Below, piece by piece: positions 39,700 through 52,100 of a DNA stretch of 64,000 nucleotides. The notes under the pieces are model-generated. The model ran no database searches. It saw only the letters and a list, made by a program, of their open reading frames with translations, and had not been told where the DNA came from. A program made the translations under genes and the position numbers. The DNA is from Octopus sinensis (taxonomy: Eukaryota), in contig NW_021835992.1 of the NCBI RefSeq assembly GCF_006345805.1, forward strand, positions 124,001 to 188,000. The letters run 5' to 3'. Position 1 is the stretch's first letter, and the number at the start of each line of letters is the position of its first letter.

Positions 39700-40982
39700 T
39701 AATCAGGGGGATACAAGCGCTGCCAGCTGGACATATCAAGGGTCGATGCAGGCGAAGTTTCCGAAAGGGAGATCCTGGCAGCGATCTCCCGAAGTAAGAA
39801 CACCGCGGCGGGGCTAGATCGGATCCCTATGTCCATCTTCAAAAAGGCCCCGCCGTTGTTGATCACGGCCTTACAGGTTTTGTTTAGCGGGAGCTTGCGA
39901 CTTGGGATGATTCCTTCCAGGTGGAAAGTGGCTGAGGTAATCCTCATTGGAAAACCTGGGAAGCCTCATGATGTCCCCGGGGGATATAGGCCCATTTCCT
40001 TGCTTCCCGCTATATCTAAAATCCTAGAAAGGATCATGCACCAAAGGCTCCTGGAGGAGCTGATGGTGGCTGACGCCCTCCCGGAGTTCCAATGGGGCTT
40101 CAGGGAGGGTCGTTCATGTGGAGACTGCTTGTGGAAGGTGTCTTCCGAAATGAAGAACGCCCTCCAGAAAAGTGAGTTTGGTATGTTAGTTAGTCTTGAC
40201 ATAGAAAAGGCCTTCGACTCGGTGTGGCACGACGGCCTGCGAAGTTCCCTCGCCACGTGTGGGGTTTCTCCGTGTCTAAGGCGCTGGCTGTCGGGGTTCC
40301 TCGAATCTCGCGGTCAGGTCGTGCGACACCAGGGGGTCTTTTCTAAAGTCGCAACAGTCCTTCGCGGGGTCCCTCAGGGTTCTGTGCTGAGTCCCACACT
40401 GTTTAATATCTTTATGGCCTCTGCGCCTATGCCAGTCAATGCTCGTACTGAAATGGTGATCTATGCAGACGACATTATCCTCTGGGATCAGTCGATGAAA
40501 CCAGAGTGTGCGTGTCGTAGGCTACAGGTTGCTGTGGATGAACTTGTAAACTGGTGTGGGAGTAGGGGTCTAAAGATGTGTGCGGACAAGTGCAGTGTCC
40601 TTAAAGTCTGTAAAAGGACGAGGGGTTACACTAATTTTATCCCTAGGTTATCGCTGGACGGGTCAGCGATCGCTGTAGTTGATCGGACGACTTACTTGGG
40701 CGTGGTCTTCAAGCAGTCAGGTAAGTTCGATGATCACATTGCACGTACTAAAATGCGTGCAATGCAGCGATTAAGCGCGTTGCGTGCTTTCCACTTGAGG
40801 AGAGGTGCCTGGTTCCGTGTGTTCAACGCCATGGTGTTACCCGTGTTAACCTATGGCGTGCACGCTTGGCACTTCTGCGAGGACAGGGAGAAGTACGTTG
40901 ACGCGCTTAAGAAAGTAAGAAGACGAGCCATCCGGCTAGCCTATGGCTTAGGATGGCGTGATGAGCTCTCCAACGCCCAGGA
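39700..40982 (+). mobile_element. Non-LTR RT fragment (I/Jockey/R1 group), truncated at both ends, fused to 28S rDNA
   Basis: WKVAEVILIGKPGK..YRPISLL, QWGFREGRS, LDIEKAFDSVWH, GVPQGSVLSP, YADD, YLGV; ORF stop falls in rDNA sequence. Confidence 0.85.
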
Positions 40983-42240
40983 ATAGGGGCGAAATACTAA
41001 TCGAGCCATCTAGTACAGGGGTCGGCAAAAGCAGGCTCGCGAGCCTTTGAAGGCTCTTTAACTCTTTCGGTAGGCTCTTTCAATTTTTAACTATTTTTTT
41101 TTATAAATGATTTCAATTTTTAACTATTTTTTTTGTTTTGTTAATAACAAAAAATCTTTGCACGTTTAACATTAATTTTTTGTGGTACATCGATATATGC
41201 CTAGCAAGAAAAAAATTAATAAAAAATCGATAATGAGCGACATTTTCAATCAAAATGGACTGAAACTTTTGCATGTACGTCTAATTCAGAACAACTACCG
41301 AAATGTCTCATTTGCCAGGAAACTTTGAATCAAAATAAAAAGTCAAATTTAGAGAGACACTTTAACACAAAACACTCAAATTTCGCCAAAAAATATCCAA
41401 TTGGTGATTCCCGAAAGAAAACTGTGGAAGAACTTACAAAGAATAATCAGTTCGAGAATTCTGCTTTTAAATGTTGGTCTGACAATGCCAGGACTGCAAA
41501 TATTGCCAGTTTTTTATTAAGCCACGAGATCGCAAAAGCCACGAGATCGCCGATGGGGAATTGGTCCCAAATCGCAAAAAGGGAAACAAAATATTTTACA
41601 TTTTCCTAAATTACGCTAATATTTGAAAGAAAATGATCGAACTATAAATAAAACTTATTTTAAAAATGTTCTTTTGTATATGAAGGAATCTTTCAATGAC
41701 AGGTTAAAAATGAATGTTTAAATATAAAAAGGTTTAAGGATTTTAGAAAAGAAAAAGCAACACTATCGTTTGTTATAAACCCTCTACGTGCTAAAGTCAG
41801 CAATTTAAATTAATGCGTCTAATTAATTTAATTTTCTAAAATGAATTTTTAATTATTTTTTAATTAATGTCTATTTAATTTTATGAATTTAAATTTTTGA
41901 CAAGTGGTAAAAGGTGGCTCTTCAATTTTTCGAAATTTCCAAAAATGTTCAAAATTGGCTCTTCTCCAAAAGTATTTGCCGACCCCTGATCTAGTAGCTG
42001 GTTCTCTCCGAAATTTCTCTCAGGATAGCTGGTGTTCGTAAAAAGTTTCATATGTTAAAGCGAATGATTAGAGATCTGTGCTCAGATTGGGTGCATACTA
42101 TTCTCAAACTTTAAACACGTGAGATATGTGGCTCACTTGATTGGAGGCACATATAGAATTAGAGTACCAAGTGGGCCAATTATGGTAATCATGACTGGCG
42201 CTGTGGGATGAACCAAACGTCTAGTTAAGGTGCCGATCGA
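40983..42240 (+). rRNA. 28S (LSU) rRNA fragment / pseudogene interrupted by a hAT
   Basis: Rejoined sequence ATAGGGGCGAAA..CTAATCGAGCCATCTAGTAGCTGGTT..CAGGATAGCTGG..TAAAGCGAATGATTAGAG..CTATTCTCAAACTTTAAA..CTGGCGCTGTGGGATGAACC..GTTAAGGTGCC is conserved LSU core. Confidence 0.9.
41016..41988 (+). mobile_element. Non-autonomous hAT (Buster/SPIN-like), 973 bp
   Basis: TIR CAGGGGTCGGCAAA; 8-bp TSD ATCTAGTA (41008-41015 / 41989-41996); BED-like CLICQE..LERHFNTKH remnant. Confidence 0.95.
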
Positions 42241-44631
42241 CCCCGAACGGGCCTTACACTGCAAACTTTCCCATTAAGGAAGCACGGTATTACTGAATTA
42301 GTAGGAAGACGACTGAGGAAGTGGTCTTACATTGTCGCTGCGGAACAGCTCCCACCTAATAACTTATCACAAAGAATATTAATTAAAATTTAACGAAGTT
42401 GAAAAGCACAAAGAAATTTTGCATGATGTTATAAACAATAAAAATACGACGATCAAAAAAGTAATGAAAAAATTAATGAATTAGAAATTATTATTATTTA
42501 AGCCAAACAAAATCACCGTCTTAACCATTAACTAACACGTTCAGGTGATTCCGACACTTCTCAACAGTCGAGCCATCTTTTCACGATGTTCAGACCGTGA
42601 CCCCACACACTTTCTGTATGTACGGTGAATGGTTTGTGGTCCATTTCCACGATCCCCCCCATTTGCCTCTACGAGAGACTCCAGTGTTATATGGACAATT
42701 TCCCTATCGGTATGGTCCTTCAGTAGGTTGATAGATCTTTCTTGGATTTTTTCGATTTTTAGCCGGTTCGTTGCCGCCAGGTTACAGCCCCAAGCAGCAC
42801 ATGCATAGCCTATTGTTGGCTCGATATACTGCTTGTAAAGGGTCTCTACCCCTGGCGGATAAGTTCTCCCACAGTTCCAAAGGAAGGCTTTTACAAAATT
42901 GATCTTCTTTATACAGGTTGATACGATCGATTCTACGTGAGGTGAAAAACAGAGGAAAGTATCAAGCGTTACTCCCAATATCTTCTGTGTTTTCTTTTGT
43001 GGTATTGGGACTCCATTCAGCGTGACTTCAATAGTTTTCGTCCCCATCTTCCTATTTTTCGTGAATAGAGTGACTGCTGACTTTTCGGAACATGCATGTA
43101 GTCTGTTTTCATATAGCCATCCATATAAGTCGTCCAGTATTCTTTGTAGTCTTTCCTTCGCGTATTCGACATTTACATCCCTAGTTTAATATTGGCAGGA
43201 TTTTTGATAGTTTCCATAAGTTCGGTATAGAGTTCGTGATTAATGACGTGTTATAGATCGTGGTTAAAGCATTTATTGAAACAGGGCCCAAGTGTTTTAG
43301 TAGAATAAGTGGAATTCCATCCGGTCCACATGAGTTTGTTTTCTTCTGATTCGAGATTGTTTCAGACACCTCTTCAGGAAGAAAATAAGTCGTCGGGGGC
43401 CTTTTGGATGGCTTTGATTTTAATCTTGGCTGTGAGTTCATTTTTTATAAGGAATATGACTAATCTTGACACAGTGTTTCATAAAATTGTTTAGATTGAG
43501 CTGGTATGTTTCTGTTTTACGCTCGTCAGGATTCTTCAAGCGTCTCAACATCGTCCACATGGTCGAAATAGAGGCTTGTTTATTCATAGCTCTAGAGATT
43601 CGGCTGAGCTTCTTCCTTTGGACTTGGTTGGTATTATTCGTAATAAGCATGTTTAGAGCCCTGATTCGATCGATGATTCCTTTGGGTCGATACTTTCTTT
43701 TCTTGAGGCTGATTCTTTCTCTAATTAGTTTTTTCGTTCTTGAATCATATTTTGAGCTCCCACTTCTTATACATGCTCTTCTGATAATCAAATTTCTTGA
43801 ACCTATGATAGTTTTGTTGAAGCTTTCCACTGCTCTGTCAAAGGAAGAAAAATTCTCAGGGTGGAAGTTCTGGAGTCTTGAATCAACGTAATTTGCGAAA
43901 GCATTCCAATCTGCGTTTTCGTAATCATAGAAATAAGTTGGTTTCAGTATGGCATGTGGAGAACAGTTCATTCTCATTGAGTGGTGGTCACTTCGGAGAT
44001 CATAGCGGACCGACCACTTGATGATAGGGGAAAGCCGAGGCGAGCAAATTGATAGATCTGGCGATGTCCTCGTGTCCTTGGAGTTGTAGGGTGTCCGAGT
44101 GTTCTTTTTCGGGTTGTTAAGGATTATTAACTTCTGCAATTGCGATACCAAAAGGTTTCCTCTGGCATCGGCAGTCTGATATGGGAATCAAGCGGGATGC
44201 TTCGCGTTCAGGTCTCCGCATAAGAGTAGGTTATCCAATTTATCAAGGCTTGACAGGTCAAAACGATAACCCTTCTTGCATGAACCTGGGGGAGGTACGT
44301 AGACATTGGCGATTTCAAGTCTTCCGTAGGAGGTCATAAGTGAGATTCCAATTATTTCGGAGTTGGAGTCCTTCCTTAGGCTTGCATACGGTAAGGGATT
44401 CTCAAAATATTTTATTCCTCTTTTTATAAGGGTCAGTAGACCCCCGCCATGGTCAGACTTGCGGTCACATCGTAGTGCATCATATCCAGCAAAAAGAGGA
44501 GTAGGGATCCGTTCCGAAAGTTTCGTCTCTTGGAGAAGACAGACATCTATTCGGTTCTCCTCCAAAAAACTGTCAAGGTCCGCCGTCTTTCCTCGAATCC
44601 CGTCAATATTTAGGCATTGTATTGTTAGCTT

Positions 44632-44655
44632 TGGGCCGGGATTCTGTTCCACGTC
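44632..44655 (-). other. 2A-like ribosomal skipping motif (LLLLTSGDVEQNPGP)
   Basis: DxExNPG/P consensus immediately before the APE domain. Confidence 0.9.
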
Positions 44656-44743
44656 ACCTGAGGTCAACAGCAACAATCGATGGTAAGTGCCAACGTTGAG
44701 AAGATGCCGTGCAGGGGGAAGTCTTCTGGTTGGCGGGGAGCAA

Positions 44744-44811
44744 ATGGTTCTCTTTAGATACCGTTTAGGACTGTATCCGGCGCCACCAGAAAAGGTAAAC
44801 CACATGACGCG
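44744..44811 (-). ncRNA. Candidate HDV-like pseudoknot at the 5' end of LINE A
   Basis: Manual pairing: P1 GCGTC/GGCGC, P2 GTGGTTT/GAACCAT, P3 ACC/GGT, P4 GATAC/GTATC; covaries with LINE B. Confidence 0.45.
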
Positions 44812-47800
44812 CGCTAAATAATTGTATTCACCGTACATACAGAAAGTGTGTGGGGCCACGGTCTGAACATCGTGAAAAGATGGCTCGACTGTTGAGAAGT
44901 GTCGGAATCACCTAAACGTGTTAGTTAATGGTTAAGACGGTGATTTTGTTTGGCTTAAATAATAATAATTAGAAGATTTAGACAAAAAATAAGACAACGA
45001 AAATCGTTAAGTCCCAGCGGCAAGGACGCAGTGTGCGTTGCCCCGAACAATGGCCAGGCCGATGCGCTGGCGGAACCAGAGGCCCTCTCTCGTGTCCTTG
45101 AGCCTCCTCCCGATGGACTGCCCGACCTCTTTGAGGAACGAGTCAGTCTCCTTCCCCGCAGCTCCAGCGGTTTAGATTTAGTTTTAGATATTCCTCAAAG
45201 TTCGTTAAAAACTTTTAGTGTCTCAGAAAAGTTTAAATTGTGGTTTACTTTGCAAACAAAGAACCTTTTCACATCTTCCAAAGTGTTTATGTGGCGATAA
45301 TACAATAAGTTGTGCTTTTTGCTCTATAGTTTAATAGATTTCTATTCTGTTTTTTCACTTGATTTTGATTAATTAATAAATCATTATTTTGTAAAACATT
45401 TTTTTGAAATAATCAGTCAATTTCAAATTTTTCTTATTTCTTAAATCTTTTCCAAGTTGAAATCTAAGCTTATCTTGAATTTTTTTATTATGAAATGTTC
45501 AAATTAGGTCCAAAAAAATAGAGAAGTTAACTAAATTAGATGAGTCGCCGAGCGGATGGACAGGCAATTTCCACGTAGTATCGCGAACGATATCCGCTGA
45601 AAAAGCCAGCTCGTTCTTGAATTTTTTTGCACCTTCTCTTTAAGAAGAAATTTGTAGACACTTTGCAATTTTAATTTTTGTTTCAATAGAAATCTTGGAA
45701 TGCATTACAAAAAGATAAGTATCAAGTGTTCAAAAATAATATGTCTTAAAACAGGGGTGTCAAACTCATTTCGCTTTGAGGGCCGCATTTTGTAACAATT
45801 TCGTTTCGAGGGCCGCATTTATAATAATTTCTCATTAAGGGAATATTGATTCTGATATTTATTATGATAAATAACCAAAATAAGAGAAACTAAATTATTC
45901 AATCATCGCCCCTTAATTTTGGTGAGAGCTGCTTCCATAGGATTGACATCTTTTTTTAGATACAATTTTTGATATGTCAGGCTGAGCTATTCGTGTAGTA
46001 CCGACTTTTATTAAAGAGAATAAATGTTCATCAGTTAGTCCTGTTCTTTGAGCAGTTTTTGTGCTTTTCATAAATGAAAAAAGCTGTTCACACATATATG
46101 TCGAACCAAACATAGCAATGATTCTTGTTGCAAACTTTTTAAAGTTTTTAAACTTTCCAGGAAGATATAAAAAGAAAGCAGGTATTCCAACCTCCAAATA
46201 TTTAGCTTAAAGTATAGAATCTGATTGGATTTCGAATAGTTACATTTGTAAACTTTTATCTGCATTGGAAACATTAAAAGAGAATGGTGATGCGAATAAT
46301 AAAAATTGTTGTTCAAAAGACCAAAAATCATTAAATCTTTCTTGAAATTCCTTTAACAACGATTCTAGTTGTTTTTCATACTGAGAAAAATTCATTACAT
46401 TATGTGCATCAACAGTACTCCTGATCCAAGATTGGCTTTTCATTTCGTCTGTGTTTTGCCATTTCATCTCCATAAATAAAATTATTTCCGATCTCAACAA
46501 ATAAAATCTTTTAACAAATTTGTGAAGTAATAACCAGAGGACTGGAGTATAAAAAGGAATGTCGCTGAACTGATTATTAATATCTGTCAACAGTTTACTA
46601 AACTGCCGGTGGTTGAGGGGATGACCTCTGATATAGTTTACTGTTTTCGTGACCAAACAAATGGTATTTTCCATTTTTAATATCTTTGAGCACAAATATT
46701 GCTGATGAATAATATAATGAAAATGAGCAAATGATGACCCGGGATTTACCTTTTCTATTTCAGCTCGCAATTTAGCGGCAACGGCAGCATGTCGTCCAAC
46801 CATATTCGAAGCACCATCAGTGCATAAACATACAATCTTCTTCAAATCAAACCCATATTTAAAGAGAATTTGTAGTAGTTTTATAATTTCTATAAAAATA
46901 TCTTTACTTGTAAGTATCGTGCATTGGTACCAGTTCGAGAAATTCTTTATAAATATTAAAATCTGAATCACAGGCTCTAAAAAAGATTGCTAATCGTGCA
47001 ATTCCAACGACGTCGACTGTTTCATCGATTGCAATTGAAAAATATTCGAATTTTAACAAATCAGACTTTAATTAGTGTTTCAAATTCAATGCCATTTCAT
47101 TAATGTGTTCGGCAACAGTATTTCTTGTTAATGAAATATCTTTGAACAAGTGGGCGTCGTCTGGACAAATAATATTCGCTGTTTTTACAAGGCATTGCTT
47201 AATGCAGGTGTTCTCAACCGGGGGCGAATCGCCCCCCTAGGGACGAAAATTTTGTAAAGGGGGGCGATAATTTTGTACAGGGGGGCGATAATATATTTAA
47301 TAAAATATTCGAATTTGAAAATAAGAAAACGATCAAATCGTTATTCACAAAGCCAGTACATGATGGTTATTAAACATTTATTTATATGTAGTTGTGGGTG
47401 CGCACATCGCTTCTTATAAAATTGCTGAAATTATTGCGAAAACTTCCAGTTCTCATACTATCGCAGAAAATGTAATAATTCCATCACTGGAAGTAATAAT
47501 ATTGGATGTAATGCATCAAGATGCTTCTAAAATTATTAAAAGTCTACCTCTTACCTCTTAGCAATGATTCGATTCGTCGAAGAATTGATGAAATGGGTGA
47601 CAATGTAAAGGAAATCCTTATTGAAAGACTGAAGCGAAGTAAGTTTTCATTACAACTTGATGAAAGCGTCATTGTAGATAGTAAAGCTGTTTTAATGGGA
47701 TTTGTGAGGTTATTTTCGAAGTTTTAATAAAATTTAGGTATTTCGATAATGAATGTGTATTAAATGAGGATTTATTGTTTGTCGAATTATTGGAAACCTG

Positions 47801-49104
47801 TACAACTGGAATGTCAATATATTCCGTAGTAAGTAAAAGGGTTTTTTGAAACAAATGGAATATTATTTGAAAATTTGGTTTCATGTGCGACTGATGGTGC
47901 TATGTCAATGGTTGGAAGATATAAGGGATTTGTTGCTCTTATTAAAAAAGATTATCCATGGGTCATTACGGTTCATTGTATTTTACATCGCCATCAACTG
48001 GTATCGAAGATTATATGTCCTGATTTACATCAATCTTTGAATATTGTAATTAAAACAATTAACAGAATAAAACACGAAGCAAATGTGATCGTCTTTTTAG
48101 AAAGTTTTGTAAGGATGCTTGTGAAGATTTTATTCGACTTTTATTACACACGGAAGTAAGATGGCTTTCAAAAGGAAATGCTTTAGAAAGATTTGTTAAT
48201 CTTTACGATGCAATAGTCGCATTTTTGCAGACTGAAGAAGACTTGGTTTTGGCAGAAGAGATAATTTCACGAAAAAATGATATATTCTAAATTTTGGCAA
48301 TCAAAAGATCTACAAATGAAATTTCCAAATTTATGGAAGGAAATGAGTAATGTACTATTGACATTCCCCACCACTTATTTAGTTGAAAGTGGATTTAGTT
48401 TTGTCAATCATAATACACCAGCGGTTCTCAACCGTGGTCCCCAGAAAATTTTTAGTGGTCCCCAGGAATTTTCGAAAAATAAAAATATATTAAAGTTAAA
48501 ACTCATTGTACAATTAAGAATAAATCAAAAACATTGAAATTAATCTGATTTGATTAGCGTGGTTTATCATTCTATTTATGGTTAACAAGAATCGTCGTCT
48601 TTGGTCGGATTCTTACGTACAATTTGGATTCACTAAATTCATTGCCCCAAATAATGAAATAAAGGCAAAATGCATGATTTGCCATAAAATTTTGGGAAAC
48701 AATTTACTGAAACCTTCTCAACTTAGGCGCCACAAAGAGTCTGTACACCCAGAAAATTCTTCCTCACATGAATATTTTAAAGTCAAAAGAACGAAGTTTG
48801 ATTCACAGCCAAAGCTTGAGTGGTTTAATAAATATCAAGATAAACCGAGATTAGAAGCATCATATGCTGTAATTTTAATTTATATCTAAAACAAATAGGT
48901 CTCAATGATTATCGCAAAAAACAAAGCTGCACATAATTCTGGTGAAAAATTAATCAAACCAGCGGCTCTTGAAATGGCTCGAATTTTGTTTGGTCCGGAT
49001 GCAGTTACCAAACTTAAGGACATACCATTATCCAACGATTCAATTTCCCGTAGAATTTCAGAATTGTCATCTGATATCCTGAAGCAATTAATTAAAAGAA
49101 TCAA

Positions 49105-52100
49105 AAAACTATATCCCGTTTTAAAACCAATAATAAATTAATAGTTAATCAGAAACTAAGCAGATCTCACTCCAGCTCGCTGATATCCACTCTCCTTCTC
49201 TTGGAAGAAGAGTCTACTTCCAGCTGCCTCTTACTCCCCACTACCACATCTGATTCAACCATTGCATCTTCTTTAGCATTCATTGGGTCGTCTTCATTTT
49301 TGCATGCCATCTCCACATACCGGTTGGAAGCAGAAGCGTATTCTTCACCAGATACCTTCATTCCGTGCTTGTGTTCGATCATCATACTCTCGAGCGTTCT
49401 TTTCAGTACAACGGATTGGATGTATGTCCTCGTTCCTGCTTCAATAGATAGTTTCTTCATATAATTTTTAAAGCATTTCGAGACAACTCCATCCCATGTC
49501 ATAACCACAGGAATTATTTTTACTTGACAGCTATACAGAAGCGAAAGCTCACTTGCCAATAGGTCATACTTGTGACACTTTTCAACCTCCACTTGCTTGA
49601 GGCGATCCTGTGAAGTAATACCCACTTCAATTAGATTTATTTCGTTTCTGACTTTGTCGTGGACAAAGATATCTGGCTTGTTATATTCTACTTTTGTTTC
49701 GGTGAGGATTGTACAATCAACCCTGATTTCAACTTTTCCCGTCGACAGTGTTGACTGAACAGAATGTCCCTTCAATCGTCTTGCTTTTTTGAGTCCATAC
49801 ATTCGGCACAAGTTAAGGTGAATACACTTCACAACTTCGTTGTGTCTCCGGAGATAATCACTGTTGAGCATTTTACCACACTGAGTAGCCATGTGGTCAA
49901 CAGTTTTCTTGCTTTTCTTACAATGATTGCATAATGAGTCAGCGGATGTAAAGAACAAGTTTCGATCTTGCAGAAGACAATACAATGCTTCACTTCGTGG
50001 CCCATTATTTCCATTAGATAGCCATTCTGAGGATGCAGGTAAATCAACATTAGGTTCATCCACACATTTGAAAAGCACAGAATGTAGTGCTTTAGAACTA
50101 ATTTTCTTTTGTAAATATTGTATCTGACTGGACTTTAGAGACTCCATAGTAATACTCTTCTTATCAATAATTGCATATTTGGAGGATAGAAATCCTGCGA
50201 TCATAGCCAAATGCCATTTATTCATTTTAATTACACGCAGAATCCCCGCCCTCCGTAAGCATATAGTTGACATATTTTCCAGACTCGTAAGGAACTGAAA
50301 GAGCATTAGTTCACTTTTGAAAGCAACTGATGAAAGCCCTCTTCCAAGAGCCTTCCGGTTTAAATACAGTCTCTCTTTATTTGCAGGTTTGAGATGTAAT
50401 CTGAGCGACGTAAGCAATTGCCGTATTTGTCTGTCAATATCATCAAATTCAGAAGGTTCAATATTGATTAGCCCAATATAATAATTATATAGTGACAATG
50501 CATATTCATTTATAGCACGAAACAGATTCACAGAGTTGAGTTTTGTTTTCGATAGCATAGTTATCCTCTTCTTAACATTCTCAAAGATAGAGTCCATAAC
50601 TCTATTCTTAAGAACATTGCTTCCACCATCTTCAAGTACACCCAAATACCGATATCCATTGATTCCGTCAATAGTCTTACAACATGATAATGATTCCAAA
50701 TTAGACGCTGATTTTTCTGAATTCATCTCCAAACCAACAATTTTAAAAAATCCGTTAACAGCTTCCATCATTTTGAGTAAAGTGTCTTGTTTGAGAGCAA
50801 ATATTTTTAGATCGTCAATAAATAGCAAATGATTAGTAGAATATGTTAACATATTGGGATCTTCCTGGTTAATTTCAAGTTTTGGAAACACGGAATTAAG
50901 GATCCTGCTTAGAGGATCTAATACCATAACAAATAGTAAAGGAGACAATGAGTCTCCCTGTAAAATTCCTCGGTTTAACTTCACTGATCCAATTCTTCTA
51001 CCTTCCATATGCAGCTTTACTGCCCACTTCTTAACTACGCTCTTCACAAAGTTTACGATCCAAAGCGGGATTCCAGAACAATCCAAAACGTGAAACAAAA
51101 AATCATGATCAACTGAGTCATATGCTTTCTTCACATCGACCCAAGCAGAATAAAGGCCATTCCCGTACTCCTTGTTCAAACATTGGTTAATGAGAGCTTG
51201 CTCCTTGGCGCCTTGACAATACTTCCTCGTTCCAAGTTGGTTGTCTGAAATTAGGCCAAATGCCTCGACAAAATCAGCCAGTTTAACATTAACACATTTG
51301 GTGACAAGTTTATACAATGTCGGCATACACGTTATAGGACGTAAGTCCTTCGGGGTCTCACAATCATCTTTTTTAGGAATCAAATATGTTATTCCAGTGT
51401 AAAACCAACTTTCAGGCATGTACTCTCCATTAATTATTCGGGTTATCTCGTGACACAGAAATCCATGTAATGATTCCATCTTCTTAATGAAAAAGTTATA
51501 TATCCCATCACATCCACATGCCTTCCAGTCAGGAAGATACTTAATAACATTTCCAAAAAACTCTTCCGTAAACTCTGGAAGCATATGTTCAGCACAAGTA
51601 GTTCGTTTTCCAACAACGTCATAAGATTGAGGCCTCCCATTTCTCTCGCTCCAGACTTTTTGCCAAAAAGAGACACATTCTTCATCATCAAATCCATACA
51701 GCGTCACTTCCTCTTTCTTTGTTAAATCTCGATAGAATCTTTTTCGATTTAATTCAAAGCACTGATTATCCTTACGAAATTGCTTCCTTGAATTATGAAC
51801 TTCTATTTTCTTATTGTTAATCCTAATCAGGTCTTGCAATAATATCTGAATCCTCGACAGCTCACCTTTCTTAGTTTTCTTATACCCATAGCGACAGAGA
51901 ACATCCATTACCTTTTGCTTTTCAGATGGAGGTAGTGTTTGATTGGAATGGGACTTAACAATTTCCAATTCTGCAGATAATTTTGAAATTTTCTTTTCAA
52001 TATTTTCTACCCATGTGCTCTGTGCTTTGTCTCTCATGGTTAGAGATAAATACGCACATTGAGCAGCATATAGAATATCAGAAATGCTATTGATATCATT

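Larger units (their letters stand above)
42486..44970 (-). mobile_element. Vingi/Ingi-like LINE A (2A-APE-RT, RT core deleted) with an inverted second 3' end
   Basis: APE ORF 44188-44805 (CLNIDG, LQETK, GGGL, NVYVPP, GDLNAKHP); RT flanks but no YADD core; (TAA)n tails at both ends; 145-bp inverted repeat; TSD AATTAGAA. Confidence 0.9.

Noticed and set aside
42486-44970. TIR DNA transposon or Penelope element, suggested by the 145-bp inverted repeats
   Set aside because: The repeats are LINE 3' ends with (TAA)n tails; the interior encodes APE/RT, not a transposase or GIY-YIG nuclease
45010-45300. GC-rich ORF next to LINE A
   Set aside because: No identifiable domain and lies outside the AATTAGAA TSD, so not part of that insertion
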